Positions 23,714 to 32,771 of a stretch of DNA of 64,000 nucleotides are shown here, one piece after another. The first letter of the stretch is position 1, and each line of letters opens with the position of its first letter. Position numbers and translations under genes: made by a program. The stretch is taken from assembly GCA_903821395.1 (NCBI GenBank), contig CAIJLJ010000099.1, positions 497-64,496 on the forward strand, written 5' to 3'. The notes beneath the pieces are model-generated. The model made no database searches and was not told the DNA's origin. It saw only the letters and a list, made by a program, of their open reading frames with translations. Origin of the DNA: an uncultured Solirubrobacterales bacterium (GTDB lineage Bacteria > Actinomycetota > Thermoleophilia > Solirubrobacterales > Solirubrobacteraceae).

Positions 23714-25167
23714 TGACTACCACCGCCGTACTAACCGACAACGACTACAAGGTTGCCGACCTCGAGCTGGCCGAATTTGGTCGCAAAGAGATCCGCCTTG
23801 CTGAGAACGAGATGCCTGGCTTGATGAAGACTCGCGAAGAGTTTGCTGCCGCTCAGCCGCTTAAGGGCGCTCGCATCACCGGCTCGCTCCACATGACGAT
23901 CCAGACCGCTGTGCTGATCGAGACACTGGTTGCGCTCGGCGCCGACGTTCGCTGGTGCTCATGCAACATCTTCTCAACCCAGGATCACGCCGCCGCCGCG
24001 GTCGTAGTAGGGCCTGAAGGAACCGTCGACCAGCCGACCGGCGTTCCCGTCTTCGCTTGGAAGGGCGAAACGCTGGAGGAGTACTGGTGGTGCACTGAGC
24101 AGGCCGTCAACTGGCCTGACGGTGGCCCGAACATGATCCTCGACGACGGCGGCGACGCAACGATGCTGGTCCACAAGGGCCGCGAGTACGAAGCCGCGGG
24201 GGCAGTTCCTAACCCGGCCGACGCCGAGTCAGAGGAGTTCCAAGTATTCCTCGGCCTGCTGCAGCGCTCGCTAACAGAGGATGCCGAGCGCTACACAAAG
24301 CTCGCCGCTGGCATCAAGGGCGTCACAGAAGAGACGACTACCGGCGTTCTTCGCCTTACACAGATGGCCGAGAATGGAGATCTGCTGTTCCCTGCGATCA
24401 ACGTCAACGACTCGGTAACGAAGTCGAAGTTCGACAATCTCTACGGCTGCCGCCACTCGCTGGTCGACGGAATCTTCCGCGCCACCGACGTGATGCTGGC
24501 CGGCAAGACGGCCGTCGTCTGCGGCTTCGGTGACGTCGGTAAGGGCTCGGCTGAATCGCTGCGCGCGCAGGGTGCTCGCGTGATCGTCACGGAGATCGAC
24601 CCGATCTGCGCACTCCAAGCCTCGATGCAGGGCTACCAGGTCGACACGCTCGAGAACAATCTCGAGAGCGGCGACATCTTCATCACGACCACCGGCAACC
24701 GCGACATCATCACGGTTGAGCAGATGGCTCGAATGAAGCACCAAGCGATCGTCGGCAACATCGGCCACTTCGATAATGAGATCGACATTGCCGGGCTGAT
24801 GGAGCTGAGCGGTATTACGCGCAACAACATCAAGCCGCAGGTAGATGAGTGGATCTTCCCTAGCGGCAACTCGATCATCATGCTCTCAGAAGGGCGCCTG
24901 TTGAACCTCGGCAACGCGACCGGCCACCCGTCGTTCGTAATGTCGGCCTCGTTCACGAACCAGACGATCGCTCAGATCGAACTGTTCACGAAGAACGATG
25001 AGTACGAGAAGCAGGTCTACGTGCTGCCCAAGCACCTTGATGAGAAGGTCGCGCGGCTCCACCTTGACGCGCTGAACATCAATCTGACTGAGCTGCGTGA
25101 CGATCAGGCCGCTTACATCGGCGTACCGGTCGAAGGCCCGTACAAGCCCGACAGCTACCGCTACTAA
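23713..25167 (+). CDS. ahcY: adenosylhomocysteinase, long (bacterial/plant) type
   Basis: Internal ATG ([17 protein letters not shown]...) of track ORF 23632..25167. Motifs [36 protein letters not shown]-terminal tail [10 protein letters not shown]. Confidence 0.96.
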   Translation: MTTTAVLTDNDYKVADLELAEFGRKEIRLAENEMPGLMKTREEFAAAQPLKGARITGSLHMTIQTAVLIETLVALGADVRWCSCNIFSTQDHAAAAVVVGPEGTVDQPTGVPVFAWKGETLEEYWWCTEQAVNWPDGGPNMILDDGGDATMLVHKGREYEAAGAVPNPADAESEEFQVFLGLLQRSLTEDAERYTKLAAGIKGVTEETTTGVLRLTQMAENGDLLFPAINVNDSVTKSKFDNLYGCRHSLVDGIFRATDVMLAGKTAVVCGFGDVGKGSAESLRAQGARVIVTEIDPICALQASMQGYQVDTLENNLESGDIFITTTGNRDIITVEQMARMKHQAIVGNIGHFDNEIDIAGLMELSGITRNNIKPQVDEWIFPSGNSIIMLSEGRLLNLGNATGHPSFVMSASFTNQTIAQIELFTKNDEYEKQVYVLPKHLDEKVARLHLDALNINLTELRDDQAAYIGVPVEGPYKPDSYRY

Positions 25168-25177
25168 GGAGTCAGTC

Positions 25178-26443
25178 CTGCCCAAATCTGACGTTGCAGA
25201 CTTGACCCTCGCCGCCTCCGGGCTGGCGAGGATCGAGTGGGCGGCCGGGCAGATGCCGGTGCTCAGCCGCGTCGCCGAGCGCTTCGCAGCCGAGCGGCCG
25301 CTGGAGGGCGTGAAGATCGCGATCTGCCTCCACGTGACGGCTGAGACCGCGAACCTCGTCCGCGCGCTCTCCGGTGCAGGCGCTGAGGTTGCGCTCTGCT
25401 CTGCCAATCCGCTCTCAACGCAAGATGATGTTGCCGCGGCGCTGGTTGATAACGACGGAATTGAAGTCCACGCGGTCCACGGAGAGACGCTGGCCCAGTA
25501 CCGCGAGCACGTTGCTGCGCTTGTCTCGGGCCAGCCGCAGATTGCGATCGACGATGGCGCCGAGCTGATCGAGGCTCTGCACAGCGGCGATGACGCGGCG
25601 GCAGGGCAGATGATTGGCGCGACTGAGGAGACGACGACCGGCCTTGTACAGCTGCGCGCGCTTGAACTTTCAGGCGGGCTCGCCTGCCCGGTTATCGCGG
25701 TTAACGAATCGCGCACGGAACGCGCTTTCAATGACCGTTATGGGACAGGTCAGTCGACGATCGACGGGATTTTGCGCGCAACGAACGTTCTGCTGGCCGG
25801 GGCCGTAGTAGTCGTGGTCGGCTATGGCTGGACGGGCAAGGGGATTGCGCTGCGCGCAAAAGGGCTTGGAGCGACTGTGATCGTCTGCGAAGTTGATCCA
25901 TTGCGCGCGCTTGAGGCGCGCATGGAGGGCTTCGAAGTTATGCCTTCGCTCGAGGCGGCTGCACGTGGCGATGTCTTCATCACAGTTACAGGTGGCCGCG
26001 AGGTTCTGAGCGAGCAGCACTTCGTGGCGATGCGTGACGGTGCGATTCTTGCCAATGCCGGGCACTTCGACGTTGAGATTGATCTGCCGGCGCTGGAGCG
26101 CGTCGCTGGCTCACGGCGTGAGGTGCGCCCGCTGGTCGAGGAGTTTGAGATCAACGGACGGCGGATCAATCTGCTTGCCCATGGACGGGTTGTGAACCTG
26201 GCAGCTGCGGATGGTCACCCATCCGCGGTGATGGACCTCTCGTTCGCATCGCAGGCGCTCGTCGTGGAAGGGCTCGTGAAGGCCGACGAGCCGCTCAGCG
26301 CCGCGGTTCATCGGGTTCCAGAAGCCGTTGATCGCGAGGTTGCCAGACTGAAGCTCGACGCGCTTGGTGTTGCAATTGATTCGCTCACCGACCAGCAGCT
26401 CGCCTACCTGAAGGTCTTCTCGCCGGCGCCGCACGACGGCTGA
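25178..26443 (+). CDS. second adenosylhomocysteinase-family protein, short (archaeal-like) type; start unresolved
   Basis: Motifs CSANPLSTQDDVAAAL, EETTTGL, GYGWTGKG, HFDVEI. It lacks the ~40-aa insert and the C-terminal tail of the first copy. AAGGAG at 25166-25171 lies 6 nt before CTG 25178. Alternative starts are GTG 25097 and TTG 25202. Confidence 0.85.
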   Translation: MPKSDVADLTLAASGLARIEWAAGQMPVLSRVAERFAAERPLEGVKIAICLHVTAETANLVRALSGAGAEVALCSANPLSTQDDVAAALVDNDGIEVHAVHGETLAQYREHVAALVSGQPQIAIDDGAELIEALHSGDDAAAGQMIGATEETTTGLVQLRALELSGGLACPVIAVNESRTERAFNDRYGTGQSTIDGILRATNVLLAGAVVVVVGYGWTGKGIALRAKGLGATVIVCEVDPLRALEARMEGFEVMPSLEAAARGDVFITVTGGREVLSEQHFVAMRDGAILANAGHFDVEIDLPALERVAGSRREVRPLVEEFEINGRRINLLAHGRVVNLAAADGHPSAVMDLSFASQALVVEGLVKADEPLSAAVHRVPEAVDREVARLKLDALGVAIDSLTDQQLAYLKVFSPAPHDG

Positions 26444-26463
26444 GTGCGCCGAGCTGTGCGACG

Positions 26464-27864
26464 ATGGCGGCCGTGAGCGACGAAGCGACAGCAGCGGCAA
26501 TCGCCAAGCTCGAGGCCGATGGCGCTGCCTCAGCGACGATCGCGACCTTCGCCGGGCAGCTAGAGCGGCTTGCGGCAGGCGATCTCGGGATGTTGCCGGA
26601 GTCTGGGCTCGAACCGGTCACCGAACTTCCGGATGCCGAGTCGCTCGAAGTCGACGGGGGTGCGATCGCTGCGCTCCTTGATCAGACCGTCGTGATCAAG
26701 CTCAACGGTGGCCTCGGAACGAGCATGGGGTTGGCCGGCCCGAAGTCGCTGCTCGAAGTGAAGGACGGGCTTACCTTCCTCGACATTACGGCGCGCCAGA
26801 TTGAGGCGCTGCGAAATGAGCACGGCGGCGCAAGACTGCCGCTGGTGCTGCTCGACAGCTTCCGCACGCGTGAGCCTTCGCTGGCTGCTTTGGCTTCCTA
26901 CGGGCCGCTTTCGGGCGATCTTCCACCAGATTTTCTTCAGGGTCGAGTGCCCAAGCTGGTCGACGACGGCAGCTTCGCTCCGGTCGCCTGGGCCGCCGAC
27001 CCCGAGCTGGAGTGGAGCCCTCCTGGTCACGGAGACGTCTACCCGGCGCTGGTTGGCTCCGGCATGCTAGAGCAGATGCTCGCTGCGGGCTACCGCTACG
27101 CCTTCGTCGCTAACGCCGACAACCTCGGCGCCGTGCTCGACCCGGCGATCCTCTGCTGGATCGCTGCTGAGCAGGCACCGTTCGTGATGGAAGTTGCCGA
27201 CCGCACCGCCGCCGACCGTAAAGGCGGCCACCTCGCGCGGCGTGCCGACGGAACGCTGGTGCTGCGCGAGATCGCGCAGACGCCCGATCAAGATCTCGAG
27301 GCGTTTGCCAACACTGAACGCCACCGCTACTTCAACACCAACAGCATCTGGCTCGATCTGCAGGCGTTGAGCGCCGCGCTCGGGGATGACGGCGTGATCG
27401 ACCTACCGATGATCGTCAATCGCAAAAACGTTGATCCGTCGGACCCAAATTCCACGCCGGTCGTCCAGCTGGAGTCGGCGATCGGCGCGGCGATCGCGGC
27501 GATCCCCGGCGCGAGGGCGATCCGCGTGCCGCGCTCTCGCTTTCTGCCGGTAAAGACGACCGATGACCTGCTGGTATTGCGCTCCGACGCCTACGAGCTC
27601 GGCGCCGACGGCCAGCTCGCTCTGGCGGCGACCTGTGCTGGTCGCGCGCCGCTCGTCGAGCTGGACGGCGATCACTTCCGCTTGATCGACGAATTCGAAC
27701 GCCACTTCGCGCAGGGCGCCCCGTCGCTTGTGGCCGCCGAGCGCTTGACCGTCAAAGGCGACGTCAGCTTCGGTTTGGGCGTATCGGTAAGCGGCGCCGT
27801 CACCGTTGAGGCCGCGGCCGGCGAATCGCTGCAGGTCGAAGACGGCGCGACGCTCAGCGGCTAA
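26464..27864 (+). CDS. UTP--glucose-1-phosphate uridylyltransferase, UDPGP (eukaryote-type) family
   Basis: Near-canonical UDPGP motifs: IKLNGGLGTSMG, PKSLLEV, PPGHGDVY, NADNLGA, FVMEV..R..ADRKGG, FNTNSIW. Confidence 0.88.
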   Translation: MAAVSDEATAAAIAKLEADGAASATIATFAGQLERLAAGDLGMLPESGLEPVTELPDAESLEVDGGAIAALLDQTVVIKLNGGLGTSMGLAGPKSLLEVKDGLTFLDITARQIEALRNEHGGARLPLVLLDSFRTREPSLAALASYGPLSGDLPPDFLQGRVPKLVDDGSFAPVAWAADPELEWSPPGHGDVYPALVGSGMLEQMLAAGYRYAFVANADNLGAVLDPAILCWIAAEQAPFVMEVADRTAADRKGGHLARRADGTLVLREIAQTPDQDLEAFANTERHRYFNTNSIWLDLQALSAALGDDGVIDLPMIVNRKNVDPSDPNSTPVVQLESAIGAAIAAIPGARAIRVPRSRFLPVKTTDDLLVLRSDAYELGADGQLALAATCAGRAPLVELDGDHFRLIDEFERHFAQGAPSLVAAERLTVKGDVSFGLGVSVSGAVTVEAAAGESLQVEDGATLSG

Positions 27865-28718
27865 TTGCGCTGCTCTTCGGCGCGATCTTCGAGCGCTTCG
27901 CGACGCTCCTGCTCGCGCTCGCTCTGATCGATCGCGCGGAACAATAGGTACGCCAGTGCGACACCCATCACGATCGTCTGCTCGAGCGCCATCAGCTCGC
28001 CGCCGATCTGCTGATCAACCCCCGCGCTGAGGCCGAATATCCCCTCACGGAGCTCGTAATACGAATAGAGCGGATTGGGCGCGAAGGTCAAGGCGATCCC
28101 CAGTAGCCCAACACCGATCTTGGTCGACATCATGTACAGCAGTGGGCCCATCACGCCGCCGCGGAAGCGTGAGCGGATCGGCGAGAGCAGCTGCCACCAG
28201 TAAAGAAAACCGACGCTTAGGAAGCAGACATGTTCGAGCACGTGGACGGTGACGTTCTCAAGCGCTGAGTCGTAAGCCGCTGGGACGTGCCAAGCCCACA
28301 TCGCGACGATGTAGAGCACGACTGCAACCCACGGGTGCATCAGCGGACCGAGCGCTCGCTCCAGCGCTTGTAGGCGCCGCGTGGCTGGTCGCAGCAGAAT
28401 CTTGTTCAGGCCGAGGATGCAGAAAATAGGCACAAGGTCGAGCAGCAACATGTGCTGGGCCATGTGGAAGCTGAACGACTGCTCTGCGAGCAAATCGATC
28501 GGAGAGATCAATGCGACCGCCAGCCAGATCAGGCCTAGAAGGAAGCTGAGCAGTCGCCAGACCGGTGCTGCGAGCGCTCCGTCGCTTGAACGCACGCGCC
28601 ACCAGCGCGGCAGATACAGCCCGCCAAGGATGAGGATCATCAAGATCGGCCCTGGGTCGATCGTCCACGAGAGATCTGCCGCGGCGGCGAGCGGAGGAAT
28701 CAAAGTTGGCACCGACAT
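27861..28718 (-). CDS. ctaG: cytochrome c oxidase assembly factor CtaG (Caa3_CtaG family) membrane protein
   Basis: Start taken at the internal ATG (MSVPTLIPP...). Polytopic, with motif FHMAQHMLLLDLVP. The 110-aa Arg-rich N-extension in the track ORF looks spurious. Confidence 0.7.
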   Translation of the reverse strand: MSVPTLIPPLAAAADLSWTIDPGPILMILILGGLYLPRWWRVRSSDGALAAPVWRLLSFLLGLIWLAVALISPIDLLAEQSFSFHMAQHMLLLDLVPIFCILGLNKILLRPATRRLQALERALGPLMHPWVAVVLYIVAMWAWHVPAAYDSALENVTVHVLEHVCFLSVGFLYWWQLLSPIRSRFRGGVMGPLLYMMSTKIGVGLLGIALTFAPNPLYSYYELREGIFGLSAGVDQQIGGELMALEQTIVMGVALAYLLFRAIDQSEREQERREALEDRAEEQRN

Positions 28719-28723
28719 GACAC

Positions 28724-29410
28724 TTGATCGTCGCAGACCGCTGCTGGCTGCGATGCGAGCGAGCAGTGAAGCTGAGCAAAGTGTTCCGCGCTGCGCTCGA
28801 TCTCGTCGTTCCGCCGCTCTGCTGGGTCTGCCGCGAACCAGCTCGTGGGCGACTCTGCGGTCACTGTCGCCAGCAGCTTCCATGGATCGAGCCGCTGGTA
28901 CCGCGCCGCCGCGGGAGCGTTCTCCAACAGCAGTGGTCGCCACTGGAGTTCGAAGGCCCCGCACGCGCCCTCGTTCATGCGCTGAAGTTCCACTCGGCGA
29001 CCGCGCTCGCAGCGCTAATGGCTGAGCATCTTGTGGACGCGTTGCCACCTCGCGCTTTTCCTGACGATGCCACGCTCGTCCCCGTTCCAGCTAACGCACG
29101 CCGCCTACGCCAGCGGGGCTTTGACCACGCCGATCTGCTCGCCAGTGCGCTAGCTCGGCGTGTTCGACTTCCACTTGATCGCCCGCTTCGGCGCGAAACA
29201 TCAGTCTTCAACGGGCAGCGTGGCTTGGGGCGCAGCGATCGCTTGAGCGGCCGCGGACTGCAGGTCACCGCTGCTGGCGCGGTGCCGTCTCGAGCGATCC
29301 TGGTTGACGATGTGTGTACTACCGGGGCGACACTCGAGCGCTGCGCAAAGGCGCTACTTGGCGCCGGAGCTTTCCGCGTCGGCGCTGTTACTTATTGCAC
29401 TGTTCCGTAG
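28724..29410 (+). CDS. comF: ComF family phosphoribosyltransferase-like protein; start uncertain
   Basis: N-terminal Cys pairs (CWVC...CGHC). PRPP-binding motif ILVDDVCTTGATL. Confidence 0.8.
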   Translation: MIVADRCWLRCERAVKLSKVFRAALDLVVPPLCWVCREPARGRLCGHCRQQLPWIEPLVPRRRGSVLQQQWSPLEFEGPARALVHALKFHSATALAALMAEHLVDALPPRAFPDDATLVPVPANARRLRQRGFDHADLLASALARRVRLPLDRPLRRETSVFNGQRGLGRSDRLSGRGLQVTAAGAVPSRAILVDDVCTTGATLERCAKALLGAGAFRVGAVTYCTVP

Positions 29411-29461
29411 CGCTTCGCGGTGGTACATTGGAAGTACCTCCATCACGAAAAAGGACTCCCT

Positions 29462-29815
29462 ATGCGTATCGACCTGACCGGGACCAATATCGAGATCAAT
29501 GGAGAACTGCGTGCGCTTGTAGCCAAGCGCTTCGCCAAGATCAAGCGCCGAGTGCCCGAGGATGTGCACTGTGAGGTGATCCTCGCCGAGGAGCACAATC
29601 CAAAGATCGCTGATGGCCAGAAGGCCGAAGCGAACTTGCACATCAAGGGCGGCACGATTAACGCGAAGGCTCACGAGCGTGACATGGCAGTCGCGATTGG
29701 TCACATCGCCGACGAAGTCGTGCGTCAACTCAACCGCCGAAGCGAGCGGGCTCGCGCTCGTAGCCGGGCCGGCGCCGACACGATCCGCCACGGTCACCCG
29801 GAAGGAGCCGTGTAA
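29462..29815 (+). CDS. hpf: ribosome hibernation promoting factor, short form
   Basis: Internal ATG 29462 (MRIDLTGTNIEI...). S30AE/HPF fold sequence followed by a basic tail. AAGGA SD upstream. Conserved comF-hpf-secA context. Confidence 0.85.
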   Translation: MRIDLTGTNIEINGELRALVAKRFAKIKRRVPEDVHCEVILAEEHNPKIADGQKAEANLHIKGGTINAKAHERDMAVAIGHIADEVVRQLNRRSERARARSRAGADTIRHGHPEGAV

Positions 29816-29855
29816 GGAGGCTCGCTGGCCGCCGCGCGCGGCTACACTTTGAGCA

Positions 29856-32726
29856 ATGGGTTTGCTCGAAAAAGCGCTGAATGTCGGCGAGGGAAAGCAG
29901 TTTCGTCAGTACGAGAAACGAGTTTCAGAGATCGCCGCCTTTGAGGATCAACTAATCGCGCTCAGCGACGATGAGTTGCGCGGCCGGATGGACGTGCTGC
30001 GCGAGCGAGTACGCGAGCAGGGTGAGTCGCTCGACGAGGTGCTCCCGGAGTGCTTCGCGATCGTCCGCGAAGCCGGCCGTCGCTTCCTCAACATGCGCCA
30101 CTTCGACGTCCAGCTGATCGGCGGAATGGTGCTGCACGGAGGCAACATCGCTGAGATGAAGACCGGCGAAGGCAAGACGCTTACGGCAACGCTTGCTGTC
30201 TGCCTCAACGCGCTCTCGAACAAGGGCGTCCATCTTGTGACGGTCAACGACTACCTCGCTCGTCGTGACGCGGAGTGGATGAGCCCGATCTACGACGGGC
30301 TTGGCTTCAGCTGGGGCGTACTGCAAAACATGCAGGATCCGGAAGAGAAGCTGGCCGCCTACGCCGCCGACATCACCTACGGGACGAACTCCGAATTCGG
30401 CTTCGATTACCTCCGCGACAACATGGCGCAGACGCTTGAGGAGAAGGTTCAGCACGGCGGGCGAATTGGCGAGGACGGTCGCCCGGTTGCGATGCATAAC
30501 TTCGCGATTGTTGATGAGGTCGACAACATCTTGATCGACGAGGCGCGGACGCCGCTGATCATCTCCGGCGCGCCTGAGGCGGCTGCCGATTCATACGCCA
30601 AGTTCGCCAAGCTGGCGCCGCAGATGGTCGCTGGCAAGACGCCCGAGGGGATGGACCCGCGCGCGAAGAAGGATTTTGTTGCCGACTTCGACTACGAGTT
30701 CGACGAGAAGCACAAGACCGTTGCGATTACCGAGCGCGGCGTTTCGAAGGCCGAGCAGTTCATGAACATCGACCACCTATACCGCGCTGAGAATGGGCCG
30801 CTGGTCAACCACCTCATTCAGTCGCTTAAGGCGCAGAGCCTTTACAAGCGCGACGTCGACTACGCCGTGATCGACGGCGAAGTAAGGATCATTGATGAGT
30901 TCACCGGGCGAATCCTTGAGGGTCGCCGCTGGTCGGAGGGCCTCCATCAGGCAGTCGAGGCAAAGGAGGGCGTCCGCGTTCAAGAGGAGAACCAGACGCT
31001 CGCCACGATCACGCTGCAGAACTTCTTCCGCCTCTACGACAAGCTTTCGGGAATGACCGGCACCGCGCTAACTGAGGCGACCGAGTTCATGAAGATCTAC
31101 GAGCTCGGCGTCGTGCAAGTGCCAACCAACCAAGGGCTCGTGCGCGAAGACCAGAACGATCAGATCTACAAGACGAAAGAAGGCAAGTGGAGCGCGGTCG
31201 TACGTGAGATCGAAGCGCGCCACGCGATCGGTCAACCGGTCCTAGTCGGAACAATTTCGGTCGAGATTTCAGAGCTGCTTGGTTCGATGCTCGGCGAGCG
31301 TGGCATCCCACACACGGTGCTAAACGCAAAGCCCGAGTACGCCGAACGAGAAGGCGAGATTATCGCTGAGGCCGGCCGCCCCGGGGCAGTCACGATCGCG
31401 ACCAACATGGCTGGCCGTGGGGTTGACATCAAGCTCGGCGGCAGCCCCGAGCATCTCGCGCGCGAAGAGTTGATCGCCAGTGGAGTGAAGCCGCACGAGC
31501 CTGAGTTCGCTGAGCAGATGCCGGCGCTGATCGTCGAGCAAGAAGCAAAGGTCGCCGATGCACGCGAAGCCGTGCTAGAGGCCGGGGGGCTATTCATCGT
31601 CGGCACCGAACGCCACGAGTCGCGCCGGATTGACAACCAGCTGCGCGGCCGCGCCGGTCGTCAAGGTGACCCTGGTGAATCGCGCTTCTTCCTCAGCGCC
31701 GAGGATGATCTCGTCCGCCTGTTTGCTGGCGACCGGATCTACAAGATCCTTGATCGGCTCGGCGGCACCGACGAAGACGGCAACGAGGAGCCGATCGAGG
31801 CTGGGATGCTCTCGAAGCAGATCGAGAAGGCGCAGCGCAAGGTTGAGGAACAGAACTTCCTGATCCGTAAACGCGTGCTCGAGTACGACGATGTGATGAA
31901 TGAGCAGCGCCGCGTCGTCTACGCGTACCGCGATGAAGTCCTCGAAGGGGCCGACCTCGGTGACCAGGCCCGTACTGAGATTGCTGAAGTGGCACGCCGA
32001 CTCGTCGACGAGTACACGCCGAGCGACTACGTAGAGGACTGGGATCTCGCAGGCCTGTTTGTGGCGCTGAGCGACATCATGCCGGTCGGAACGCTCGACC
32101 ATGAGCTGACTGCAGCCTCGGTCCTCGCCAGCAACCTTGACCGCGAGTCACTGAGCGACCGTGTAGTCGCAGAAGCGATGGCGCTCTACGACGGGCGCGA
32201 AGAAGAGCTCGGCGACGAGCTGATGCGCGCGCTTGAGCGCTACCTGCTGCTGCAGACGATCGATCAGCGCTGGAAAGAGCACCTCTACGACATGGACTAC
32301 CTGCGCGAGGGAATCCATCTGCGCGGCTTTGCCCAGATCGATCCGCTCGTTGCCTACAAGAACGAGGCCTTCACGCTTTTTGGCGACCTGATGAACTCAA
32401 TCTGGGCCGACTTTGCGCGGATGGTCTACCACGTCGAAGTTGAGGTCGAGGTCGACCAGTCTGATGCCCCGATCCCGTTCGCCCCAGCGCCGGCCGCGCC
32501 GCTTGCCGCGCAGGCAATCAACTACTCGTCCGGTGGCGGTACCGGCGCGCTTGAGGCCGCCGCCGCTGGCGGTGCGGTTGCTGAGGTTGCCTACGCCGGC
32601 GACGAGGAGATGATCGAAGCTCAGCCGGTTGAGCAGCGCGTCCTCGACGCCGACGAGCAGGTCGGCCGCAACGACCCCTGCTGGTGCGGTTCAGGGCAGA
32701 AGTACAAGAAGTGCCACGGCGCCTGA
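29856..32726 (+). CDS. secA: preprotein translocase ATPase SecA
   Basis: 956 aa. Motifs MKTGEGKTL and DEVDNILIDEARTPLIISG. C-terminal zinc motif CWCGSGQKYKKCHG. Confidence 0.98.
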   Translation: MGLLEKALNVGEGKQFRQYEKRVSEIAAFEDQLIALSDDELRGRMDVLRERVREQGESLDEVLPECFAIVREAGRRFLNMRHFDVQLIGGMVLHGGNIAEMKTGEGKTLTATLAVCLNALSNKGVHLVTVNDYLARRDAEWMSPIYDGLGFSWGVLQNMQDPEEKLAAYAADITYGTNSEFGFDYLRDNMAQTLEEKVQHGGRIGEDGRPVAMHNFAIVDEVDNILIDEARTPLIISGAPEAAADSYAKFAKLAPQMVAGKTPEGMDPRAKKDFVADFDYEFDEKHKTVAITERGVSKAEQFMNIDHLYRAENGPLVNHLIQSLKAQSLYKRDVDYAVIDGEVRIIDEFTGRILEGRRWSEGLHQAVEAKEGVRVQEENQTLATITLQNFFRLYDKLSGMTGTALTEATEFMKIYELGVVQVPTNQGLVREDQNDQIYKTKEGKWSAVVREIEARHAIGQPVLVGTISVEISELLGSMLGERGIPHTVLNAKPEYAEREGEIIAEAGRPGAVTIATNMAGRGVDIKLGGSPEHLAREELIASGVKPHEPEFAEQMPALIVEQEAKVADAREAVLEAGGLFIVGTERHESRRIDNQLRGRAGRQGDPGESRFFLSAEDDLVRLFAGDRIYKILDRLGGTDEDGNEEPIEAGMLSKQIEKAQRKVEEQNFLIRKRVLEYDDVMNEQRRVVYAYRDEVLEGADLGDQARTEIAEVARRLVDEYTPSDYVEDWDLAGLFVALSDIMPVGTLDHELTAASVLASNLDRESLSDRVVAEAMALYDGREEELGDELMRALERYLLLQTIDQRWKEHLYDMDYLREGIHLRGFAQIDPLVAYKNEAFTLFGDLMNSIWADFARMVYHVEVEVEVDQSDAPIPFAPAPAAPLAAQAINYSSGGGTGALEAAAAGGAVAEVAYAGDEEMIEAQPVEQRVLDADEQVGRNDPCWCGSGQKYKKCHGA

Positions 32727-32771
32727 GCCGCGTTCGGCGAGCAACCTCTCGCGCTGCTAGCGTCGCAAGTT

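Noticed and set aside
24886-25731. Long antisense and alternative-frame ORFs in the track (e.g. 24886..25731-, 12618..13319-, 11649..12341-, 33267..33899-, 4672..5304-, 49604..50263-, 56571..57296-, 28381..29025+, 8113..8730+).
   Set aside because: Each lies entirely inside a strongly supported conserved gene on the other strand or frame. They have Arg/Ala/Ser-rich composition typical of spurious open frames in high-GC DNA.
28719-29048. 110-codon N-terminal extension of the CtaG-like gene.
   Set aside because: The sequence is Arg/Ala-rich and non-membrane, and it overlaps the comF coding region. The internal ATG 28718 begins the membrane domain.
29419-29441. Imperfect hairpin GGTGGTAC-N7-GTACCTCC between comF and hpf.
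   Set aside because: 8 bp with one mismatch, no U-tract, and it does not sequester the hpf SD. Too weak to call a terminator or a regulatory structure.
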